Shown: one piece after another, positions 38,731-50,485 of the stretch | Layout of the letters: each line of letters starts with the position of its first letter | Position numbering within the stretch: the first letter of the stretch is position 1 | DNA from: Dimorphilus gyrociliatus | Lineage: Eukaryota > Animalia > Annelida | DNA: 64,000 nucleotides | Direction of reading: 5' to 3' | NCBI GenBank assembly: GCA_904063045.1 | Contig: CAJFCJ010000025.1 | Coordinates: 496,001-560,000 of the forward strand | Program-made: the position numbers and the translations under genes | Notes under the pieces: model-generated | Seen by the model: only the letters and a program-made list of their open reading frames with translations | Database searches by the model: none | Told to the model about the DNA's origin: nothing

Positions 38731-39786
38731 CATATATCGTATTTTATTCAGCAACAAAAGAATACATTTGCCACAATTTTGACGATTTGACGACGTTTAT
38801 CACAAATCAAAGGCAGATTTTGGCAAAATTGGCAAACTACACGTATACCATAATTTACCTATAAACATACTTTTTTAACATAGCCTTACTGGCCAGTTTG
38901 TTTTTTACAATTTGAATGCTAAAGCATCTCATTTTTGATGTTATATTTTTTCCTTATTTTACTAAATAAACCACTTTATTTTTTTCTCTTAGCTAATAAA
39001 CTAAAGAAAACATAAATCGTTTCTACCAACAATCTATGAGTTAATAGTTTTCGCAGTATAACCGAATTTGCAGTTTTCCTTTTTTCTCATAGAAGTAAAA
39101 AGTGACAAAAGATTATATAATTGATTGAGAAGGTTTTTGGTTTTTGCATTTTGTTTCTTTTGCATCTCTTTCTCTCTCGCTGCACTTCTTTTTCTCTGGC
39201 ATGTAGAAAAGGAAGAGAGAGAGAGAGAGAGACAGGGAAAGCGAGCGCAAGTACAAATATAAAGAAAACGGTAGAGTAATAGATGCATAAAAATATTCTG
39301 CTATTTGTTTTGCGACTAAAGAACTGCAAAAACATAAATGTAGATGTATATATATATATATATATATAACTATAATTGAAAAGTAGTTTAATGAGACAGT
39401 TATTAAAGAAATGTGAATATTTTGATCGTAGCCAACTGAACATAACCTAGTAGAAAAATTTTTTTCCTATTTATATTTTCTTTGGCAACGTTAAATATAA
39501 TCAAATAAAGAGAGAGAGAGAGAAAGAGAAAAGAAAAAGTGAATATTTTCCTTCGATACATACATCTTAAATAAAATAATATCACAAACTATTGAAGCGC
39601 GTCAAATATTCTCTTATTGTACACGTCAGAAGAATGGTTTTTGTTTTATTATAGTTATTTTTTTAGAGACTTTTCTTTAACTGGTTTGTGTTACCTTCTT
39701 TTTAGAGTTTGATTTTTGGTTTTTGTTAATTTTTAGTTGTTTTTTTTGTTTGTTTTTAATAATTTTTAAAGCTGTTTGATTTCTGT

Positions 39787-42223
39787 TCAACTAAAAATTC
39801 TTTGTGGAATTACAAAAAAGCAGAATGAAAAAAGAATAGAGAGAAAAAAGACTAAGAAGTTCGAGCGGTCAGTCAGCGACGAATTGCAAAAGCTTCCAAT
39901 GCAACATTTTACGTAGCCATGGTTGGTTTCCGAGTCAAAACAATCTTCCTGTTTAGAATAATAAAAAAGAAAAAATTTTCTTATAAAAGTAAAATAAACG
40001 TTCTGATATCGAGAACTATTCAAAGGGTGTAAGACGATCTTTTCACTAACTGTACGATTTAATTTACCCAATCTAGAATACGAATGAAAAAGCAGCAATT
40101 CTATACAATAGCCTTTTATATAACCCTCTTTCAGAGTCGATTTTTGCATATTTCCTCTTCAACTATTCTTGAAATGAAACAAGGAAAAAGGAAATTCTGG
40201 TTATTTTTAAAGCAAATAAATCGTCAACAGCCACTTTGAATATTCCTCCTTATTTTAATAGTATATTAACCTTACAACCCCTATATAAATGATATTCTTC
40301 ATTTGAACGATGCACGGATTTCTAGAGGAAGGTGAAAACATAAAAATTTACATTAATATAACACTCTCTTTCTCTTCTTTAAAACCAAAGATATAATAAA
40401 GTGTTTGAATGATGATCAGAAAAAAAATTAAGAATAAATAAAAGAGCTGAGGTAATAAAGAGAAAGAGACAGAAACAGAGATAGAAAGCTTACGTAGCAG
40501 GGAGTATCACAGGTTTGAATCAGAATGTCTTCGGATCGAAATGGTTCTCTGCAATTAAGATCGCCACTGGTCGTAGAACCATGCGAACTAAATACGCAAC
40601 TGTAACATTGGTATTTAGGTTTTTCTACAGGAATTTCTTGATCACTCATCTCTTTCTCATCAAATTCATAAGAAGCGCTTGTCGCCTTTGTCCAGGTGAC
40701 GCCTGAAATTTTTGTACGAGTGAAATAAACAAATATAAAATAATTGAACATAAAAAAAATAATCAGAAAGAATATAAATAGAATAATTTATACATCTAAA
40801 CTGTATATATTTATATACAGTATATACAAAGTATATACACTAAATCTATTGTGCGTATATCGTTATGTATATAATAGTTGAATATAGGCTAACTGTATTG
40901 AAAGAAAGTTAACAATAAAAAGGAATTTTTAAATTATGAATATATCCTAATAACTCTTATGATTCGTTATGAAAAGTGAAGATTATCTATCTAATTTCCT
41001 ATCGTTTACTTTTCCTTACTTTTCTCTTTTTTTGCTTTTTAAAATTAATCCTTAAACGAATGATTTTGACATTCTATTCTTTCAAATCTCTATTTTTCCC
41101 TTTCCCTCTCACGCTCTCTCTCTCTCAAAGTTTTTGGAATGAGAAAGATGTATTGACTATGTTAAAAATAAACTAGGAGTGTTATATTTCCTTTATCTAA
41201 AAAAAATATTCAATAATTAGCTCTTTCCTTCTTTCTTTTTATCACTTTGATCTAATTCTTATCCATTATTATATATATCTTAAATATATAATTTTTTCCT
41301 ATATTATATATTATATAATGTATACATAATAGTGTTGCAAAAAAACACTCTGTATTTTAACCTTTTTGCTATTCTGTTTCTTTTCTTCTTCTTTAATTTG
41401 TCAGAAATAAATCATAAGTATATTCTATTTTGTCAAGTATTACTCTTTAAAAAGCATATAGGCTTAAAAGAGGAGCTTAAGAATAAGAGACGAGGAAAAG
41501 AAAAAATAGCTGAATGATGTGTTCCATATGTTTTACGCTAAAGTTCTATTGTTATACTAGATATCAAATAGCTGAATTGCTGATACGAAACATCCTTTAG
41601 CTCTATTCTGTAAACGATCTCAAATGATAAATTTTAGGGAATTGAAGGAAAATAGCATCATTTATATTATTTAAGCTGATGATTTCAAGTTGTATAGCAA
41701 AAAGATAAAGAAATGTATAGAGAGAGAGTGTGTGTATGTGTGTGTGTCTGTACGTTACATGCAGAGAATAGAGAGAGAGATAGAGAGTGAGTGAGAGAGA
41801 GAGAGATAAATAGATAGAGAAATCTCACTTTATATTTTCTTTTGATTAGAAAAAATTTTGATCAAGGTATGCAATTACATTGAAAAGTAGGGTAAAAAAT
41901 TAGAATAAGAATTAAATTGATAGATGGCGTTACCATAGAAATATCTATACCAATAATGACAATAATAAATAGTTTCCCTACTGAATAAAATACACTATGT
42001 TTTCTATTTTTGGTTTCTTTAGATAAAATAAAATTTTTTATAAAAAGTAAAAAATTAGTTTAAAAAAAAAATAAAAAGAAAAAAGTATATAAAAATAAAT
42101 ATATATATATGTATAAACATATATATATATATATATACTGTTTATACACATTGTATATATTGAAAAACAATAAAAAAGTAACTACTCACCAAATCTTAAA
42201 AAAAAAGCAAAACAGCACAGCAT
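39787..42223 (-). CDS. Ly6/uPAR three-finger (quiver/sleepless-like) GPI-anchored protein, copy B
   Basis: Exons 42223-42190, 41980-41951, 40702-40494, 40321-40271, 39948-39787. Signal peptide MLCCFAFFLRFVGKLFIIVIIGVTWTKA. Ten-Cys LU domain (CYSC, RGC, CC, FCN) and a hydrophobic C-terminal GPI-signal-like tail. Confidence 0.88.
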
Positions 42224-42550
42224 GCGAGGAGGAAGTGTGAAATAAAAATAAAAAAAATAATAGGTCTATTTCGATAAATCATAAATTTTATGCTGCCAAA
42301 AGTAAAAAAATATAACATCAAAAAGGAAATCAAAAAAAGATATTTTATAAAATAAAGAAGAAAACCAAAATATTTCTGTCGATTTGTAAAAAAACAAAAA
42401 TATGACAAGGAAAACAAGAAGAATTTTTTGGCTTTATTTTTTTTTTAAATAATAATTTTTGTTTTCTATTTCAACCATAATAATTTCTTTTTTGTGTCGT
42501 TTTTAGGAAAAATGCTAATATCAAAATAAAACAGAAAAAATACGCACTTT

Positions 42551-43361
42551 GTTTGTCAGGAGGGAACAAACAAATGGGTTAATTCACGGCGCGTGAAAAT
42601 TAGTTGCAAACCGGCACGTTTTACAGCCGTCTTATTATGCGAAGTAAACTTTTTTTTTTTTTTTTTTTGCAGTAGAGAACTGCAAACAATAACATTCCCG
42701 TGACAGACTTCGTTATTCAACGTAAACACGGGGCCTACTAATTGCGGAAACATTCGCAGTGCCGAGCGTTTTAATGGTTCTATTCAACTTCACATTGCTG
42801 TGACTTATCAAACCACTTGTTTTCGACCAGTCGTCGAATTTCCTGGATAAGTTTCTGATTTTCTTTTTCTAACCGCCTTGTTTCTAATTCAATTACAAAT
42901 TAGTTTGCTCTTTTACAGACTCTTTGTAAGAGTATACTGGAGAGAGGAGCGGTAAGGAAAAAATATAGGCAGAAATAGATAGAATAGATAAATAGATAGA
43001 AAGTAGAGAGAATTTGAGAGAGGGAGGCCTAAAACAGGTTCACTTTGCCTTGCGTTCAACTTTGTTACAAATTTACAAATTCTCTCAAGTATCACGTGAT
43101 TGCACCAAGTAGAAAAAGTCTTTAACAGCCTCCTAACTAACTTTCGTGCCAAACGTGAAGCGTTTGTCAGGACAGAATAAACAAGCAAAATGGTTCAAAC
43201 CGGTGATATATTGTATAGCCGTCTTATTATGCGAGGTAAACTTTTGCAGCAGAAATTACAAACAATGACATTCCTGACAGCATTCGTTATTCTGCGTAAA
43301 CAGAGGCTGCTAATTACGCCCATTGCTGTACGGAGTATTTTAATAGCTCCTTTCACTTCAC
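42551..43361 (+). repeat. Diverged direct repeat, two copies (about 42551-42793 and 43162-43361)
   Basis: Shared blocks occur in the same order in both copies: GTTTGTCAGGA, CAAACCGG, AGCCGTCTTATTATGCGA.GTAAAC, CAAACAAT.ACATTCC, TTCGTTATTC..CGTAAACA, TTTTAAT.G.TC, ACTTCAC. Confidence 0.75.
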
Positions 43362-44803
43362 TGCCTGCTTCTAACCCCCTCTTTTACAGTTTATAGGCTA
43401 GTTCACGGAAAGGCTACATTTTGTAGTACACGTATTTCAAACAAACTGTTGTTTAAATAGAAAAGAAAATCTTGTAAAAGCTAAATAGAACGTCATTATA
43501 TAATAGTTTATAAACTTTTTCCCTCTTTAAACTTTGCCAATCAACTTTATCCTTTTGACTTTTGGTTTTACTGTTATAAAATACATATACTACCCATTTA
43601 GCGATAGTGAACTTTCAGATGCACAAAAATGTATACATATAGACACACTCATACTCACACACACACACACACACACACAGTGCAGCTATAGGGCATATAC
43701 TAATTTGCATATTCGTATGAATATCAAGATCGAAAGGTAATCTTAACATTTTGCTTCGGGTAACCTTGTTAATTATCTCGTCATTATTATTAATTATGAA
43801 CTCTTAGTGGCTTGTTTAGCATGTATGGGAGGTGGGTGAACTGGCCACTTGTTTCCATGTCACGTGATTAGAGCAGATAAAGCGTGAAGATTTACTGAGT
43901 CACTAGCCTCCAGGCAAGCTGACTACAAAATTTTTCCAGTTACAAGCTAGTTACTGCAAAACACATGCTATTCAGGGTCATGTGATCTGTGTAAGGCGAG
44001 AGGCTACAGAGAATTTCTTTACTAACAATTCACCCTACAATACTTTAACATCTAGTGTAAAAGTAATACTTTATCAGTCGACAAAAAGTTAAGTGAAATT
44101 TAGGTAGTCAGTAAAACTAATATTTTCTTCCAAGATGATATTTCTCAATGAAAATAGTCTATTATAAGAGTTACCCAATCAAAATACGCTATTTAAGTAA
44201 TCAATTTTAAAACAGACAAAAAAGAGATCGTGTCCCTTAAGCTACTAACTAATATCTTACAATTCCTTCACTTGTTAAAGCCAATAGACGAAAAAAAATA
44301 TACTTGGCTTATGAATTGTAGTTTCTAAGCAGCTTTTTCTTGGTGGTGTCACGTGACTGCATAAGATTAGGGTAAACTGAGTTGGTTTCCCCTTTAAGTC
44401 GACTGAGAAATTTAATTATAGTGAAACGCTTCTCTTTCCTTCAATCACGTGACTAAATATAACGCCAAAACATACATTATAAGGCGCTAAACTACTGCAA
44501 TGCAGTTTTCCCTGTGCTAACTGCTAAATTTTCTTTCTGGATTCACGTAAGTTTAGATAAGGCAAAATAGAAGAGATATAGCAAGTCCCTAAACTGCTAC
44601 AATAAATGGGATATTTGTCAATTCCGTTGTCCGTTGGGTCCTTAAAAAGAAGTTAGCTGTAAATTAGTTGCCAAAACCACGTGACTCTTTTAGGATAACT
44701 CGAAATGATAAACCATGGTGTTCTATTGACATGGGGATAATGATTTACGAAACAGCAAAATAGTTATGATCGTTAAAAACTCATTCATCTAAAATCACGT
44801 GAC
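43092..44803. promoter_or_regulatory. Homotypic cluster of CACGTG E-boxes (USF/MiT-TFE type flanks)
   Basis: CACGTG at about 43093, 43861, 44350, 44446, 44678 and 44796, mostly as RTCACGTGAY, plus GTCATGTGAT at 43977. The cluster lies 5' of Ly6 copy B. Confidence 0.55.
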
Positions 44804-47800
44804 ATGAAATACTATTGTTAAATATAGAATTGCAAAATAGGGATATCGTTTTACAACTATTTGACCAGTATATACTATCTAATCTAAACGACTTTTGCCA
44901 CAGGAAGAAATGTGTTCGCTAGTTTACTTTCCCGTATTGTAAAGTTACTAACAATCGAACAGAAACCTGTCAATGGTAAAGATTCAAAAGAAAGTGAGAA
45001 AGAGAGAAGGAGAGAGAAAAAAAGTAAAAGAAAAAACTGCACGCAATCACTAAGCTAAAACGCAAATAAGGGAATTCCAACCAATAAAAAGCCAACCGCA
45101 AAAAACTCTGCAGTCGACGATTGACCAGTGCAAAGCACTTAATTTCCAGTCAGGCAGCTTAAGATAAGACTAGAAGACATCAAACCTACTAAAGTAGGAA
45201 TTTTACTGATTCAAAAAAAAGAAACCTAAATATCTGATAAATAGCTAAATAGTAAAAAGAAATCTTTTATCTTTTCCTTTCCATTCTCTCTTTTTCTTTT
45301 TTCACAGTCGCCAATTAATCATTGTAAATGACTTTTGACTTGAGATAGGTTGACAAAGGAAATATTTGATGATCTGAGCGTTCGATTAAGTAAATCTTAA
45401 CTTTTTCTCTCAGTTAATCAATTCAACAAAATAAAAACTGTTCTTCAACATTTCTCTATAAAGCAACTATTGAAATACATTTTGATTTATATTCTTTTAT
45501 ACAAAATGTATTATTTCCAATTGAACAAATTCTATAACCGAGTCCTTTTGATTAATATAAATATTTATTAATATCTTTCTTCTTAAAAAACAATAAATTC
45601 ATAAATATTTTTAATAGTTAATAATTTATTGATTACTTATTATAAATATTATAACAAATAAATTAGGAAAATCTATGTCTATACAGTGTATATGTACAAC
45701 TATTCCTTATATAAATATACAATGTACTAACGTACGTATGCCATTTACACCAATATATATTATTTATATGATTTAGAATAGTCTAACGCTAAAAGATCTT
45801 TATTCATTTAGGAAGTATTATAAATTCAAGCTAATTCAGCGAATATTTCAAACTCATATTTACATAAACTCTATATTCTATATGACGGTAATAGCTTCTC
45901 TTTTTTTCTCGCTTTTTTTTTGCTGATGCAACTAGATGATTAAGTCAACAACCGATTTAATTCTTAATTTATGCCTTGTTTTCCCATTTGTTCGATTCAA
46001 TAAAAATTTTCTGACAGATCCCAAAAGCAAAAACTTCCCTGACGTCAATAAATCTTTAAGATTGACATATTTTTCGGTCTCTACTGACTTAAGGAAAATG
46101 CGGATACAAAATTTCGACAACCCATACTAAAATCTCTTTAAGAACGGAAGTAGTGACGAAATATAGTCAAGGTTTTTACAGTCCTGTGAATAATCTTAGT
46201 GAATAATTCGCTTTCCGGAGTCGTACCACTCGAGATAAGGCGACAATGGTGGAATTTTTACAGATCTTAGCATTCGATAACGAATCGACTGCAAAATTCC
46301 AGCAACCGATAATCAGGCGCTGCTTAAGTAGAAGGAACGAAACGGATGAGCCTCTACGGTAAAAGATCACACGCTCTTTGAGTTACGCCAACTGCCAAAG
46401 TATGAGCGGGAAAAACGTTATTATATGAAAAAAAAAATATAAAATAACCCTTGCACTATACGACTATAAAACAAAAACAACTAACTAAAATGATCTTTTT
46501 AAGGGAATTTTTAATTGAAAGCTTATTATTATTAAACAATAATTAAAAATATCATTATTTGGAAAATAATTTAATAATGTATTATCATTTAATATGACAC
46601 AAGTTAAATGTCAACTACATGAAAGTAGGAACTTTATCCGCTTTCTATTGGAAGCCCGAAGGTAGGTTTTGTGGGAGGGAAAAAGGGAAACATTTTTCTA
46701 TATATATATATATACAGTGTATTTGGTTTTATAAAGTATCTATGGCTAATTTATATATTGTCTGTATGAAGCCTTAGTAACATAGGAACAAAATCATTTC
46801 TCACAACAATCTACTTTGAAAGATGTATACTTCGAAATTTCGTAGTTATTTTATATATATATTGTAAACTACTGTTTAATAAATTAGTGTCTTATTTTTT
46901 TTTTAAGAATATATAACTGGCATGGCAGGTGTTGTACGTTTATCGTCATCACGTGATTGGTAAAACAAACAGGACAAACTAATCAATAGTGGTATAAACG
47001 TATGCATAGCTAGTAAATCCCGAATCGTTTCTTTACACCCTAAGTAAATAAATTGCGTAATTCATCGCCTACTCCAAAAAGGGGAAAACTTTTTTTATTT
47101 CTATTTCTTACTAAATATTTTTTGTTTGTGTTTCAATATTCTCCTTTCATTCTATTCTTTACAATCCGAAAAATGTTAGAAGAGAAGAGGCGATAGAAAG
47201 GAAATAGGGGGAGAAGAAAAAAAGCTACCGCAAACCAATTCTTTCTTTTCATCTAAAAATCAGATAATTATTCTTAAAATTGCGTATCGTTCGAATATAA
47301 AACTGTAATAATTGACGGAGCCAGTGTAAAATTAACTTCCGTTAGAGATATTTTTCTTATTTGCAATAGAAATTAAGCGTAAATGCATAGTATCATACTA
47401 TTTCTAGATAGAGTAATAAAACGTATAATAATAGTTGTAAATACAGTAACGTGGCCGTTTGTTTCGTATTCTATCTGAATTACGTTTATTATAATCTATT
47501 ATACATACATTTTTTATAAATTATTTACATAAAAACAAAGGTAAAAATTGCTTTTGCAGCCAAAATAAAAACAAAAAGAAAACAAATATACAATGAGAAA
47601 AAAAGAATTTAGCTCATTGACCCTTTAAACCTTTACAGACTATATATACAAGCGTAAATGGTTCGAAAAAACAAAATAATGCCAAACACGTAACAGTATA
47701 GGATATCCTTAGATAGATTAGAAAAGAAAAACGAATAAGAAATAATAATAAAAAGAACCTTAAAAAAAATACGAAGATTTCCTTTAAATATACCCATAAA

Positions 47801-48980
47801 TAGTAGAATATATACAGTATATATATATATATTTTAAATTACTGCTGCTGATTAAGGAAGCTTTTAAGCAACAATCAAGATCTATCAATTTGGTTTCAAT
47901 TATTGACAGAATCGTCTAGTTGGTTTAAAACTCAATCATTTTAACTAAAGGAAAGTAGTAATCTAGCGGTACCCGTAAGACAATGTTTGAAGCATAGAAG
48001 GATTTAAACTTATTAGTCTGATCATATATGTCATAGTTTTGACTGTCACGAATATAGAAAAATATTGCTTATGAAAACTGTCTACTGAAATTAGCTTTTA
48101 TGGAAAAGATTTTATTGTATTATTGGAGTTTTGAGGAAGTGAGAGATAGAGAGATAAAAAGACGGGTGGTAGATAGAGAGAAAAAGCTAGAGAGAGTAAA
48201 AGAAACTGACAGACAGATAGAAAGAAAGAGTGATAGGGAGCGTAAAATATAGAATATTTCAAGTTTTAAATAGATAAATTATTCAATCCCTAATTGTCAC
48301 ATTAACTTAATTATAGCTTTTATAGAAACAGTGTAAAACGTATTGTGTCTAAGCTAATACATGGATTTTCATAAAGGATAAAATATGTAAAACTCATAAA
48401 TAAAATTAATAAACACCAACTATAATCGTGCTTACACAAACGAATTGTTGAATAAAATTTTGCAATCTCCTCTCTTGAATATTGTAGTTGCTTCAAATCA
48501 TTCAATGAGGTTGTAATTATATCTTTGCCTGTTATTGATTAATGGAATTGAAAACCAAATTAGGTTTCAGGCAATTAAGAGTAGCCAAGTTTACTTTTAA
48601 TAATCAACTTTCCCCAACTTGACCTTACAAGAAGCTATGATTAAGTGACTTGAAATCAAAGGAAATACTCAATCTCGCCCTCTTTTCCTTCTTATATAGT
48701 ACCGTACACCTTTTTTATTTCCTTTCTCCTTTTTACTTTAGATGTGTGTAGGATAAATAACAATAACAAAAGGGAGAAAGAATACATAGTCTATATGGAT
48801 ATATGGTATATAATAAATAAGACTATATTTGCATCGTTGTTTTTGTTATTGTTTCATTTCTTTTGTATTTTCTTTTTTAACTATTCCTTCCAACCAATTG
48901 CCTAAATTGATATAGACTAAAAAATTTCTCGGTTGACTTGTAACTTATAATAAAAAATAATAGCGAAACGGTGTATCTCT

Positions 48981-49885
48981 ATGTTACACGATCAGTCTGT
49001 CAAAAAATATGAAAAGGAAAAGCGATATAGGCAGAGAGAGAGAAAGAGAGAGAGAGAAAGAGAGAGAGGGAGAAAGAAAGAGAGTAACGCTTCTATTTCA
49101 ACTCTATTCCGTGTGAAAACACCAGGTATATACTATAATTAAAATGCCAATGCGATTTATGACGTCATTGATAAAAAAAATATACGTCTCATAACCGGAC
49201 ATAAGAAGGGCTTCTTATAGAGCCTACTTATTTCTATAGAAAATTCTCACGTTTCCAATCGATATCGATTAGACCTGTATGAGAAAGGAAGAGTCGATAA
49301 AAACAATGCACGAGCTTTTTTTATATAATAGAGCCTTCATAATTTACATTTTCTTATTCATAGACTTACGACAGTATAGAAAAAATTACGCTATAGGAAA
49401 TTGCAGAAAAAGGGTCTTCTTTACTTTGAACGATCCAATGCTTTTGTAAGCACACGCCTCTGTTCGTTGGTGAATAGATCAAAAGAAATAAATATATCAC
49501 CAATTACAAATGTAACGTATACGGAAAACAATAACGAGAATCCTTTCTCTTAATTCAACTCTTACTGGTACCCTCTTTCTCTTCCACTTAATTCTACTAT
49601 TAACGGTTTAAACAGGGTTTCATAATCGGTTTCTAAGTATTTAAGTATAATTATAACTCTTTCTGTCTCACTAACCGGTATTTATGCTCTATTTTCTCAT
49701 GTACTATCGTACATACTTTTATATATAATTTCTTTTTTCTCCTTTAGACTTTAAAGACAATTTCTCGTTTAACAATAGAAGGACAAGATTATAATAAAGT
49801 AAAAAGAGAAAGAGCTTTCGAAGATCAAGCATCTTTGTCATATATGGTACAAGAGAGGAATTATCCTCATATTCGTATCGTGTAA
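48981..49885 (+). CDS. Possible small 4-exon orphan gene (122 aa); weak
   Basis: Exons 48981-49125, 49240-49276, 49397-49445 and 49748-49885 splice in compatible phases from ATG to TAA. No recognisable homology, and exon 1 includes a GA microsatellite. Confidence 0.2.
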
Positions 49886-50230
49886 AGATTAAAAAGGAAA
49901 AGCGAACAAAATAAGATAGGTAAAACTAAGCAAGAAAAAAAAAAAGAAGAGATTATACCTGAAGAAAAGATGATATATGAAATGAGCAGAGGAAATATCC
50001 CACTCTCTCACACTTAATTCTAAATAAACTAGATTCAACTTAAAATATTCGATAATTATTCCCAAACATTAACTATATGTAAGGAGCTTTCTGAATAGTC
50101 TAAACTAAAATACAGTAAATTAAAACATAATCACAAAAGAAATCGATACAATAATTAAAAATACAACATAATTAAATGCGCTTTGTCATACTATATATAT
50201 ATCTATTTTACTAGTAATATAACTTTTATA

Positions 50231-50485
50231 TATACAGTATAGTACGTACTGATATAATATACCTGATATTTCCTACACACATATATATATATATATAAAT
50301 TTATATATACTGTATATAGTATATGTAATTTTCTCTCCTGTAGAAAATTGTTAATCTGTTAAATAAGAATTTCTAATGAGGGAAAATGTAAACTATCTGA
50401 ATACCTTCAGGTAAATATAATATAATAATAGTCACCAGTAGAAGAAAAGCTGCTTAAAGATATATATATATATATATATACAGTA
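50231..50485. mobile_element. Three closely spaced TA-CAG/CTG-TA motifs in TA tracts (putative Tc1/mariner excision footprints; representative of a window-wide pattern)
   Basis: TACAGTA at 50233 and 50479 and TACTGTA at 50308, each embedded in (TA)n-rich sequence. Confidence 0.4.

Noticed and set aside
43825-43850. 7SL/SRP RNA-like fragment (GGGAGGTGGGTGAACTGGCC)
   Set aside because: The resemblance is short. The following GGAAAC/GAGCAG helix-8 motif and the Alu-domain sequence are absent.
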